Below are positions 9,845 through 18,865 of a stretch of 64,000 nt of DNA, piece after piece. The number at the start of each line of letters is the position of its first letter. The stretch's first letter is position 1. The translations under genes and the position numbers were made by a program. Under the pieces are notes generated by a model. It ran no database searches, was not told the origin of the DNA, and worked only from the letters and a program-made list of their open reading frames with translations. Origin of the DNA: Candidatus Aldehydirespiratoraceae bacterium (lineage in GTDB: Bacteria; Actinomycetota; Acidimicrobiia; Acidimicrobiales; Aldehydirespiratoraceae); NCBI GenBank assembly GCA_965249055.1, contig CBDFKX010000002.1, forward strand, positions 1,481,835 through 1,545,834, given 5' to 3'.

Positions 9845-10696
9845 GTGGACCAGGGATACGACTCATGTCGCTGGATCGGGCATGGTGGTGTGGTGATTGT
9901 GGTGGCGACAAGCGCGGACGAGCTTGACGGGATGTGCGAACGGCTTCGAGAATTCGGTGTGGGATCGCTGGATGTGACCGAGCCCAGCGACACGCGCCGG
10001 GTGATATTGGCCGCCGTGGAAGACGAGCGGAGTGCCGGGAGCCTTGTGGCGTCGCTTCAAGCTGAGGGTGTGATGGCGGTGACAAGGCCGGACCACGGGG
10101 CAGCCCTGCAAGCATGGTTCCGTGACACCCGTCCGGTCACTTTCGGTGGACGACTGAGCGTCTGCCCGGCATGGTCGGAGCACGACCGCAGCGATCTTGT
10201 CGGGCTGGTCGAACTCGGATTGGGTGGATTTGGAAGCGGCCACCATCCCACGACACAGCAGATGATCGAAGCACTGGTGGAGCGGATCTCCGGCGGTGAG
10301 AGGGTCCTCGATGTCGGCTGCGGGAGCGGGATTCTCGGGCTCTGCGCGCTCAAGCTCGGCGCAGCGAATGTGGTGGCGGTTGATGTCAAGCCGGACGCGG
10401 TCGAAGCGGCACGGCGCAATGCTCGAATCAACGCCATGGGCGATCAGATGGAAGCGACACTCGCCGGTCTGAGCGAAGTCGACGGACCTTTCGATGTGGT
10501 CGTCGCCAACATCGCCAGAGCCGGGATCGTGGAACTCGCCCCGGAGTTGGTCTCCCATGTGTCACCGGGCGGATGGCTTGCCGTAGCAGGGATCTCGCCC
10601 TCTCAATGTTCCCAGATCGTCGAGTTCCTCCATCCCCTCGTCGAAACCGAACGCCGAACGGCCGGTGAATGGTCGACTCTGGTCCTCGCCAACTGA
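9845..10696 (+). CDS. prmA: ribosomal protein L11 methyltransferase-like SAM methyltransferase
   Basis: GSGHHPTTQQMIEAL, VLDVGCGSGILGL, AVDVKPDAVEAARRNARIN, VVANI. The start is uncertain. Confidence 0.65.
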   Translation: MDQGYDSCRWIGHGGVVIVVATSADELDGMCERLREFGVGSLDVTEPSDTRRVILAAVEDERSAGSLVASLQAEGVMAVTRPDHGAALQAWFRDTRPVTFGGRLSVCPAWSEHDRSDLVGLVELGLGGFGSGHHPTTQQMIEALVERISGGERVLDVGCGSGILGLCALKLGAANVVAVDVKPDAVEAARRNARINAMGDQMEATLAGLSEVDGPFDVVVANIARAGIVELAPELVSHVSPGGWLAVAGISPSQCSQIVEFLHPLVETERRTAGEWSTLVLAN

Positions 10697-10769
10697 GACC
10701 GGCAGCGCTGTCGTTAGTTGGTGATCTTGTAGATGTGGATGTAGCCGAGTTGGTGGATCATGGTTGTCG

Positions 10770-11549
10770 TCACCAGCGAAGTTCCCGCTTCCTTACTATG
10801 TCTGCGGGCATGAATAACAGCAACCAAATGGCGACGCACACTGCGAGGCAAGCAAAAAGAACTATCCCCATAACTACCGCGGAGAACGCTAGGGCGGTAA
10901 TCAGGCTGCCGATGCCTTTCTCTAGTCCGAATGATCGGTCGAATACATTGACAGCGGCGTAGGGGATTGCGCAACACGCGAGGATTGTTGCGGTGACCAC
11001 GATCCTCTTCCCCGGCTCTGCGGTGAAGACTCTCGGGCAGGGTCCTGCGGGAGAGTCGGCGATCTTGTAGGTGACGAAGCCGACGGCGACGATCGTCGCG
11101 GCGTAGATCACGGGTATCCCGAGGATGAAGAAGGCTCCGCCGATATTGGCTCCGTAGACGCCCGCGGTGATAACGCGTCCTCCGAAGCCTGTGCTGATTC
11201 CCAAACCGCTGAGTAGTCCCAGGATCATGAACCATGCTCCGCGCCAGTTCCTCAGCCAGTATTCCAAGGCCAGCCAGCTAAGGGCGGCGAACACCGCGAG
11301 CACCGAAACAAGGCCGATGGGATGCTCCAGTTCGACCCAGGAGTCCGGGACCGTGTAGATAGGGCTGTCTCCGGATTCGAGTGTTTGGTCGCCATATAGA
11401 TGCCACGTCGCAACCGGTAGCGCTCCGATCAACAGCCCGCTCGGCAGCACCAGCCGATACCTCGGCCTTCGACCATCCGTTGGAGCGGGCGCTTGCTGCG
11501 GTGGCGGTGGGAGCGACCGGTCGCTGCCTTCGAGCACAGGGGCGTTCAC
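10770..11549 (-). CDS. polytopic membrane protein, unknown function
   Basis: Several long hydrophobic stretches and a Pro-rich N-terminus. The track ORF (to 11720) overlaps the upstream gene by 140 nt. GTG at 11549 avoids the overlap. Confidence 0.35.
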   Translation of the reverse strand: MNAPVLEGSDRSLPPPPQQAPAPTDGRRPRYRLVLPSGLLIGALPVATWHLYGDQTLESGDSPIYTVPDSWVELEHPIGLVSVLAVFAALSWLALEYWLRNWRGAWFMILGLLSGLGISTGFGGRVITAGVYGANIGGAFFILGIPVIYAATIVAVGFVTYKIADSPAGPCPRVFTAEPGKRIVVTATILACCAIPYAAVNVFDRSFGLEKGIGSLITALAFSAVVMGIVLFACLAVCVAIWLLLFMPADIVRKRELRW

Positions 11550-11577
11550 AGTCTCACAGTAACTGGGTCGATGGTGG

Positions 11578-12942
11578 TCATGGTGTTTGGTCCGGCCTGT
11601 CGGCGAGTGTGCTCTCGACGATGGCGGTTGACTCTCGGGAAGCGGCGGCGTAGATGCCTTTGGCCATGAGAGATCGCTCGACACCCCGTCGGGCCATGTA
11701 GATCTCCGCCCGGGCGCCATGTGCCGCGACCGACTCCGGCTCGGCAGTCGTGGCCAGCTCTATGAGTTCGCATGCCAGGCGGAAGTCTCCGGCTGTGGCG
11801 AGCTCTTGGGCGCGACTGATGACCTTCTCTCCGCTACCGACAAGCCGAACGATCTCGGCCGCATATGCGGCCTCGCTCGCAGTCTTGAGCTTTGCGGGGT
11901 TCTGGTCCCACCATCCGCCATAGAGGCGCCAGATGTTGCGAACAACAAACTCGGGTTCGTCGTAGATGGGTTGGAGCCACGGTTTGGACAACAAGTCTTC
12001 GGATACGTCGACGGTCTGAATGATGGTGTCGAGCGATGCTCCATCATTCATCAGCTCAAGCGTGGCATCGACCAGGCCCTCGAGCGCAGAGGCGAGGTCG
12101 CCCAGGATCAGATTGACCTCTGCGGTTCCACGCACTGGGAGGCCGTGCGCAGGTAGCAGAAGTTCGGCCTCGAATGCTTGCATGCGTCGCAGTGCTTTGG
12201 CCCACTCCAGTGGGTACCGCTGGACCTTCTGTGGGTTGCCGGCGTTTGGGAACACCCAAGTTACGAAGTCGCCAACGCACAGGGCGCGGTGCTCTGGAAC
12301 CCATGCCCACGTGTGATCGTCGGTCTCGCCTTTGTCGTGGTGCAGGACAAAGTCGGTGCTGCCGACTGAGACGGTCAGATGATCGTGGTAGGTGACATCT
12401 GGCCAGAGCGTGTCTGGACCGACGAAACGATCAGCACCCGCGCGCAGACTTCCCAGATTCAGTCGTCTCGACACCCCGCCGAACTGACGCGCGTTGATGG
12501 CGACGTTGTAGCCATTTGTGTCTTCGTAGCGTTGTAGACGGACTGGAATGTTGGCGTGGCCGACAACGCGTGGTGGTCGATGGCCAAGAGCCTCGGCATC
12601 GGCCGCGACGGCGCCGCTGCCGCCGACGTGATCCATGTGCCCATGCGTGTAGACGAGCGAATCGACTGGCTTTTTCGACCAGCCCCGGAGAGCTTTGGCG
12701 ACGGCAACACCGCTGAGAGCACCGCTCGCGTCGAAACACACAAGACCGGCGTCGGTCGAGAACGCAACCATATGGGAGAACGACTCGACGATTGCGATGC
12801 CGTCATCGAGTTCGGTGAGCGTGTTGGTTACCCGGTTGGTCGGTTCGTCAGCTGTGCCGGATGCGATCACGCGCGCCGAAAGCTCGAGTGGATCGGCAGT
12901 GCGGAAGGCCGTCGGGTCACGAGGCTTGGGGTGCAGTGACAT
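11578..12942 (-). CDS. MBL-fold alkyl/aryl-sulfatase-like hydrolase (type III sulfatase family, no SCP2 tail)
   Basis: YTHGHMDHVGG (HxHxDH). An SdsA1-like dimerisation region is present (FVVRNIWRLYGGWWDQNPAKL). Confidence 0.65.
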   Translation of the reverse strand: MSLHPKPRDPTAFRTADPLELSARVIASGTADEPTNRVTNTLTELDDGIAIVESFSHMVAFSTDAGLVCFDASGALSGVAVAKALRGWSKKPVDSLVYTHGHMDHVGGSGAVAADAEALGHRPPRVVGHANIPVRLQRYEDTNGYNVAINARQFGGVSRRLNLGSLRAGADRFVGPDTLWPDVTYHDHLTVSVGSTDFVLHHDKGETDDHTWAWVPEHRALCVGDFVTWVFPNAGNPQKVQRYPLEWAKALRRMQAFEAELLLPAHGLPVRGTAEVNLILGDLASALEGLVDATLELMNDGASLDTIIQTVDVSEDLLSKPWLQPIYDEPEFVVRNIWRLYGGWWDQNPAKLKTASEAAYAAEIVRLVGSGEKVISRAQELATAGDFRLACELIELATTAEPESVAAHGARAEIYMARRGVERSLMAKGIYAAASRESTAIVESTLADRPDQTP

Positions 12943-13115
12943 GCTGCATCCTACCTGTGCACAAAGTTGGCCTTGCCTGAGCAGGGATCATCGGACTCGC
13001 CGTAGCTAAAACATTTGCTAGTTAAAAGCGCACTAGTTAGGCTCGGCGCAGGATGACTTATACCCTCTACCGGTGGCTGGTCACGAGTCACGGTTGACCA
13101 AGGAGGACTGACATC

Positions 13116-14273
13116 ATGACTGGTGGAGATGCCACAATGCGGGCGTACGGGGGGCAGCAGCCGGTCCCGACGTTCGACGACCCAGCGTTCAGGAAACTCA
13201 ACAAACCTCTTGCTGAAGCCCGTGTTGCGATCGTGACCTCGGCAGCGCTGCACCGGCCCGATCAGGATCGCTTCGCTGCGGTCGACACAGGCTTTCGGGC
13301 GCTTGACCGTGCTGACCGCAACATCGTCCTGGGCCACTGGAGTCCCAACTTCGACCACACAGGCTTTCAACTCGACCTCAATGTCGTGTATCCGATCGAC
13401 CGGTTGGAGGAATTGGCCGCTCAGCGTGTCATCGGTGATGTCGCGCCACGGCATTTCGCCTTTGCCGGCAACCAACCTGAGACAGTCAGCGAACTGCGTC
13501 TCGACACCGGTCCCGCATGTGCGAAGGAGATGTTGGCCGATGCGGTCGATGTGGTGGTGCTAACGCCGGTTTGACCGGAGTGCACGCGTACCGTGAGTGC
13601 GCTCGCCCATGTCTTCGAAGCCGCTGGTTTGTCAACCATTGTGCTCGCTTCGATGAAGGAGGTAGCCGAGCGGATGATGCCTCCGCGCACGCTCTACTGC
13701 GAGTTCCCGCTGGGCCGTCCGCTGGGTCGTCCCGACGACGTTGAGTTGCAGCTTGATGTCTTGAACCGCGCCTTGGCATTGCTCGACTCGAACGAACCTG
13801 TACTCGAGACCCATCCGCTGGTGATCGAATCCGAGGAAACACCTTTGGCGTGCTCGATCCCGCCGCGCTTCGATGCAACGTTGCCGCCCGCGGTTGATGA
13901 GGCCCAGGGTTTGCGAGCTGCCTATGACCGGTCATTCGACGCTCGGGGTGTCACCTCGGTCGGCCGCGCCATCGACGCCGACACAGTTGTCGATGCACTC
14001 GACGTCCTGGCTCAGTGGGCCGAAGGTTCGTCGTGGAAGGAAACTCCGCTACCGGGCAAGAACACGATCGCGGTCTGTCACGACATACGGGCCTACTACA
14101 CCGAAGCAGCCCTTGAGCTAGCGACAGGGCCGGAGCCAGGAGGGCGTGCGGTCGAAGCCTGGTTCTACACCGAGACCGAAGCCGGCAAGACCATGATGGC
14201 GGCGCGCACACAACTGAAGGAGCAGGACGCACCGTTCCCGTTCTGGTTCTACATGGCCCCCGCCCACCGCTAG
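13116..14273 (+). CDS. GrdB/PrdB-family (glycine/sarcosine/betaine reductase component B-like) candidate selenoprotein, in-frame TGA at 13572-13574
   Basis: Track ORFs 13116..13574 and 13593..14273 are in the same frame and separated only by one TGA. Read-through gives ...DVVVLTPV-U-PECTRTVSALAHVFEAAG.... A paralog at 23967..25199 has the same arrangement. Confidence 0.65.
13578..13604 (+). promoter_or_regulatory. SECIS-like hairpin downstream of the TGA
   Basis: GAGUG/CGCUC outer stem and CACG/CGUG inner stem with loop CGUAC, starting 4 nt after the UGA. Folded by eye only. Confidence 0.3.
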
Positions 14274-14747
14274 CCTGACGGAGGTCGAACTCCGCCATTA
14301 GCCGATAATTAAGGCACAACCCACAACCAGAGAGGAGTCAAATGAACTGAGGACGCCCGTGACTAAAGGCTAGGCAAAGGACGGAGAACCGTTCGGAACA
14401 TGGAAACGTTTGCCACAACTTCGGGGTTGCCAATGGTAACCAACAGCGGGTTGAGCCTTTGAGCAACGGTTTGTCCCTCGATGAACCTCAACCACAAGTC
14501 GTTTTCGACCGCTCAATAGATGTCCCAACAGCACATCAACACGCCGCGGTGCTGCAACATCATGAGCACGGCACGAGAGGGATTCTCTACAGGCGCGCCG
14601 AATGAGATGAGACGCCTTTTACTGAGGTAGACAACCAGCAAGTTGAAGTTGTAGTTGTGATCAGTGCGCCGCCCATGAGCACGGTAGGATTCCTCGGCTT
14701 GCACGTACCGAACGGAAAAGGTGTAAAGTCAGGAGCCGAAGCCGAGC

Positions 14748-14776
14748 TTCGCAAATTGTTTAGGGAGCGTTATAAT
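14748..14776 (+). promoter_or_regulatory. sigma70-like promoter candidate in the AT-richer islet
   Basis: TTCGCA-N17-TATAAT, about 240 nt upstream of the endonuclease-like gene. Confidence 0.25.
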
Positions 14777-15017
14777 TTGTTTTTGACTATGTCGTCGCTA
14801 AGGCACCCGACTTGAAATCCAACATCGACAGCTGAGCGGAAGAACTGGGGCCGACTGGGATGACGGGCGCGGAGCGCGGCCGTCGTGTGGCGAGAGGCGC
14901 GCTGACGCAACGCTCGTGGCGTTAGTTGAGTCCTGCACGCGAATTCTGTTACTGTGCACCGCGATGTCTGTCGAACGACAAGAAATTGATGAATTGTGTT
15001 TTAATTCCAGTGTTGGC

Positions 15018-15575
15018 ATGCCGTATCAGCTCCGCCAATACGACTTTTTTCTTGCAATGCAGGACGTTTATGATTTTTTCTACGATGTCAATACACACCT
15101 GACAAGCAAAGGATTGAGTCGCTTAGAAGATACCCTGCGGAAAGCAAATTTATCAGGAACTCTTTCGGATATGATTACAGCGAATCTGGCGAATCACTCC
15201 CGGGCATTGACGCAAAATACATACCACAACGGTCACCCCGATCTTATTGTCAAAGGAATGTACCCTAATGATTCAATTAAGTCAGGAAGCAATGGTGTTG
15301 AGATAAAGACTACAGTTAAGAAGGGCGGAGCAGTGGACACTCATGGAGCGCGAGAGCAATGGCTGTGCGTTTTTGTATACACGGTTGACAATGCAACCGA
15401 ACCTGCGATTAACCGTTTGCCTCTGAGATTTACGGAAGTGTATCTATCTCATGTCACGGTCGATGACTTTAGGAGAAACGAAAGAGGCGAACTAGGAACC
15501 CGTACGGCTACTCTTCATAAGGAAGGCATCGAAAAACTGCGACGCAATTGGGTCTACCGTGATCTTGATCCTTGA
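15018..15575 (+). CDS. putative type II restriction endonuclease (PD-(D/E)xK)
   Basis: GHPDLIV...NGVEIKTT (PD...E-x-K). Visibly AT-rich codon usage. Convergent with, and overlapping by 22 nt, the methyltransferase gene. Alternative starts at 14916 and 14964. Confidence 0.45.
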   Translation: MPYQLRQYDFFLAMQDVYDFFYDVNTHLTSKGLSRLEDTLRKANLSGTLSDMITANLANHSRALTQNTYHNGHPDLIVKGMYPNDSIKSGSNGVEIKTTVKKGGAVDTHGAREQWLCVFVYTVDNATEPAINRLPLRFTEVYLSHVTVDDFRRNERGELGTRTATLHKEGIEKLRRNWVYRDLDP

Positions 15576-16489
15576 GAAGGTTCGTAATCGATCAACAGCG
15601 GTATGGCGCTTTTGGCAATGTCTAGGTACTTGGGGTCCGACTCAATGCCTACACTCTCATAACCGATGTACTCAGCAGCTGCCATAGTCGATCCTGATCC
15701 GGCGAAGGGATCAAGCACGATTCCATCCCCTAGAGGCAGGATTGCCCGGACTACTTGACGGAGAAATGCCTGTGGTTTGAGGCTGGGATGAGGTGCGATT
15801 CGGCGCTCGTCTGGCCGGGTTGGAGCAGAGGCAATGACATCACCGAAAGGTTGCTCGAGCGAGACACGCCTTAGCCCACCAGTACCCCAGCGACGTAGAT
15901 TGTCTTGGACACGGCCTTGTAGCGGCTTTCGAAACAAGAGCCACGGTTCCCACTTAGACCGAGGCATCACGGAAACGTCGGGGAACTCGTCATGGGCGTT
16001 CTTCGGTCGGTCTCCGCCGCGCATCGTCATGACAAGCCGGACGACTTCACCCCGTCGCTCAAAACCAGCGCGACACACTGCAGGCGCGACACGGTGTGAA
16101 AGAAGAGGATTGGAAGCAACAAGAACATGGGCTCCTGGGACGAGCACAGGGATTAGGGCACGAGCCCACGCTGTAAAAAAGCAGTCCAAAGAGTCCAAGT
16201 CTGCTTCGGTCAACGTGGTGAATCTCGGTACGGGCGATCGCTGATGCCCGTCGAACGCTGGAGGCAAGCGCCATACACCACCCCGCCCCTTCCGCAGTTT
16301 CTGTTGCTGTTCTGGTGTGTACTCCACAAGTCCATACGGAGGGTCAGTTACGACACCGTGTATTGAGTTGGGAGGCTGCTCAGTCAGCCAGTTGATACAG
16401 TCGCCGTGAAACAACGACGCCCTCCCAAACCCAAAAGCGAGCGGCCACACCTTGTGGCCGCTCGCTTCAGCCGAGTTCGTAAACACCAC
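15554..16489 (-). CDS. beta-class DNA methyltransferase (N6-adenine or N4-cytosine)
   Basis: VVTDPPYGL (motif IV) precedes VLDPFAGSGST (motif I), which is the beta-class order. The start is ambiguous: GTG about 16489, overlapping the upstream HTH gene stop, or ATG 16594. Confidence 0.8.
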   Translation of the reverse strand: MVFTNSAEASGHKVWPLAFGFGRASLFHGDCINWLTEQPPNSIHGVVTDPPYGLVEYTPEQQQKLRKGRGGVWRLPPAFDGHQRSPVPRFTTLTEADLDSLDCFFTAWARALIPVLVPGAHVLVASNPLLSHRVAPAVCRAGFERRGEVVRLVMTMRGGDRPKNAHDEFPDVSVMPRSKWEPWLLFRKPLQGRVQDNLRRWGTGGLRRVSLEQPFGDVIASAPTRPDERRIAPHPSLKPQAFLRQVVRAILPLGDGIVLDPFAGSGSTMAAAEYIGYESVGIESDPKYLDIAKSAIPLLIDYEPSQGSRSR

Positions 16490-16718
16490 GTCGGACCCTA
16501 CTGAACTGCTTGGTTGGCCCAGTGTTGAGGTTGAGGTAGCTGCGGACGGAAGACTTGGCAATGGTTGCTCCAAGTCGAGTTTCAACTGCGGCATGGATTT
16601 CTTTCACGCTTAAAGGACCGCCAGCGCTGGCGAGAGCATGCCCGACGGCGTCGCGCACTTCTCCCGGTCTCCGGCGGTTTCGGGTTTTGGGGGAAGCGTT
16701 GACCATGGCTGCAAACAT
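16467..16718 (-). CDS. small HARE-HTH-like DNA-binding protein
   Basis: ...GPLSVKEIHAAVETRLG...SSVRSYLNLN...FSRVRRGVYELG fits the HARE-HTH pattern (PLxxxEI...SVRxxL...FxRVxRGVYxL). Sits directly upstream of the methyltransferase. Confidence 0.45.
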   Translation of the reverse strand: MFAAMVNASPKTRNRRRPGEVRDAVGHALASAGGPLSVKEIHAAVETRLGATIAKSSVRSYLNLNTGPTKQFSRVRRGVYELG

Positions 16719-16891
16719 AGACGTCCAGACGTCAAAATGAGTGGATAGTTGATCTTTGCCGGAGCTTATTGGGAGGGAGTGACAACGACAGTTGCTCAGC
16801 ATGAACCGCCAGCTAGTGGCTTACGCTTGCCGTGAGGGATGGAGCGGTAGCCGAGCCATGTTTGAAGTCGCCAATAAGCTACTAGGTTCAG

Positions 16892-18121
16892 ATGGACCAG
16901 CCTGAGCCGACAATTACAGTTCGTCCGGGGCATCCAGACTTCTTGGATCTCGCCTGGGAGCAGTCCGTCGTCGATTGGGACAGTCCTCGGCTGGTGACGC
17001 TGCCGAAGGGGATCTCGCGTCACGAGGTCAGGTTCGTCGCCTACGACGAAGGCCTGTATGCGATCAAGGAACTGCCCCACAGAGCGGCGCGCAACGACTA
17101 CCAGGTGCTTCGCGCGCTTGAGCGGCTGGAGGGACCGTCGGTCAGTGCGGTGGGCTTAGTTGAGGACCGCTGGGATGACCCTGGAGCGGAACGTTCAGCT
17201 GCTCTGATAACGAGATATGTCGACTTCTCGTTTTCATACCGGGAGTTGCTCGAAGGAACTGGTTTCGGTGAACGGCGCCGACAGATGCTGGCTGCTTTCG
17301 CCGGGCTGCTCGTCGAATTGCATCTGGCTGGTTGTTTCTGGGGTGACTGTTCGTTGTCGAACGTTCTCTTCAAGTACGACGCAATGGCTATAGAGGCTCT
17401 GATGGTTGATGCCGAAACCGCTGAACTGCACCCCGAACTCAGCGACGGTCAACGCCTCCACGACATCGACATCATGACAATCAACGTGGCAGGTGGTATG
17501 GCCGACATAGCGGCTTCACGAGGGGTTGGTATTGATGACGCTGATACCGACCTTGGCGAAGAAATGGCTCGTTGGTACGAATGGCTGTGGGACGAGACAA
17601 CCAGTGAGACCGTGATCGGCACAGACGAGCGCTATCGCATCACCGAACGGATTCGGCACCTCAACGAACTCGGGTTCACGGTCGACGAAGTTGACCTCAC
17701 CTCCACCGATGGAGGCACCCGGCTGCGGATGCGGCCAAGCGTCGGCCCCCGGAACCACAACACGCGTCGCTTGCGGGAGATCACAGGAATTGAGGCGTCG
17801 GAGTGGCAGGCTCGGCACCTGCTCAGCGACATCTATCACTTCTCAGCAGGACGCAGCAGCGAGAAAAGCGGTGATCTGGTGTTGGCTGCGATCCGCTGGC
17901 GAGCCGAACGTTGGGAGCCGGCAATCCGCCGAATTCAAGCTCAGGCGGGGGATGACAATGTCCTGCAGGGATACTGCGACTTCCTGAATTATCGCTATAG
18001 GGCATCGAGTAGCGCCGGCGCCGATCTGGGCCAAGAAGCCGCGTTCGACGGATGGCTCGCAGCCGGTCGCCCCGGTTTCCGCCCCGAACCCGAAGCTTCA
18101 CCGACAAGGACCGACATTTAA
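16892..18121 (+). CDS. DUF4032 domain protein (protein-kinase-like fold)
   Basis: LYAIKELPHRAARNDYQVLRALE..., LHLAGCFWGDCSLSNVLF, MVDAETAELHPELSDGQRLHDIDIM. Confidence 0.6.
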   Translation: MDQPEPTITVRPGHPDFLDLAWEQSVVDWDSPRLVTLPKGISRHEVRFVAYDEGLYAIKELPHRAARNDYQVLRALERLEGPSVSAVGLVEDRWDDPGAERSAALITRYVDFSFSYRELLEGTGFGERRRQMLAAFAGLLVELHLAGCFWGDCSLSNVLFKYDAMAIEALMVDAETAELHPELSDGQRLHDIDIMTINVAGGMADIAASRGVGIDDADTDLGEEMARWYEWLWDETTSETVIGTDERYRITERIRHLNELGFTVDEVDLTSTDGGTRLRMRPSVGPRNHNTRRLREITGIEASEWQARHLLSDIYHFSAGRSSEKSGDLVLAAIRWRAERWEPAIRRIQAQAGDDNVLQGYCDFLNYRYRASSSAGADLGQEAAFDGWLAAGRPGFRPEPEASPTRTDI

Positions 18122-18159
18122 CGTACAAATTGCTGTTCAGTAGTTGTACACTTACCGTT

Positions 18160-18423
18160 ATGGATGTAGCGGTCACTGATTTTCGAGCCCATTTGAGGCA
18201 CTGGTTGGATCAGGTGAGAGACGGTGAAGAGGTTGTGGTCACCGAGAGAGGAATCCCGGTGGCAAAGATCATCGGACTGGAAACCACCGCGATAATCGAG
18301 TCACTGGTCCAGCAGGGAAAAATCTCCAAGCCTTCTTCTCAAAACCGGCCCGTGGCTACCGGTCGCGCGCGGCCGCGGTCCCGCCAGTCGGTCTCAGAGG
18401 TGGTTTCCCGGCAGCGGGACTGA
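18160..18423 (+). CDS. type II antitoxin, Phd/YefM family
   Basis: MDVAVTDFRAHLRHWLDQVRDGEEVVVTERGIPVAKII. Lies 4 nt upstream of the PIN toxin gene. Confidence 0.75.
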   Translation: MDVAVTDFRAHLRHWLDQVRDGEEVVVTERGIPVAKIIGLETTAIIESLVQQGKISKPSSQNRPVATGRARPRSRQSVSEVVSRQRD

Positions 18424-18427
18424 TCGC

Positions 18428-18865
18428 TTGGCCATCGTCTATTTCGACTCCAGCGCGCTTGTCAAGCTGCTGGTTGAGGAGTCTGGGAGCGATATTGTTG
18501 TCGCTCTCTGGGACGGGTGCGATGCTGCGGTCTCGAGCCGTCTCTCCTATCCAGAGGTGTGCGCAGCATTGGCCGCGGCTGGACGCAACCACGACTTGGA
18601 CCAGGCCAGTCTTACTCGCTGCGAACAAGACTGGGAGCACTATTGGGCGGCGATTCGCCCCGTTGAACTCACTCACCCTGTGCAAATGGCGGCTGGTCGG
18701 CTGGCCAAGCAACACAGCCTTCGCGGAGCCGACGCGATCCACGTCGCCAGCGCTTTGGCACTAGGTACTGCGGATGTGGTGGTGGCTGTGTGGGACCCGA
18801 GGCTCCATGCCGGAGTAGTATCGGAGGCTCTGGCAGTGTCTCCGCCCAGTTTGGAAACGACATGA
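18428..18865 (+). CDS. vapC: PIN-domain ribonuclease toxin
   Basis: (TTG)AIVYFDSSALVKLLVEE...SSRLSYPEV...DAIHVASAL. The PIN acidic residues are present. Confidence 0.8.
   Translation: MAIVYFDSSALVKLLVEESGSDIVVALWDGCDAAVSSRLSYPEVCAALAAAGRNHDLDQASLTRCEQDWEHYWAAIRPVELTHPVQMAAGRLAKQHSLRGADAIHVASALALGTADVVVAVWDPRLHAGVVSEALAVSPPSLETT

Noticed and set aside
14274-14310. tRNA-like T-arm sequence (GGAGGTCGAACTCCGCC) just after the GrdB-like gene, considered as a tRNA fragment or att site for the AT-richer islet.
   Set aside because: Only a 5-bp stem with a 6-nt loop can be drawn. No acceptor, D or anticodon arms are present. It is more simply a small post-stop hairpin.
14513-14704. 63-codon ORF and adjacent frames in the islet's left arm, considered as an integrase or transposase remnant.
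   Set aside because: No recognisable catalytic or family motifs appear in any frame. It is left as unassigned debris.
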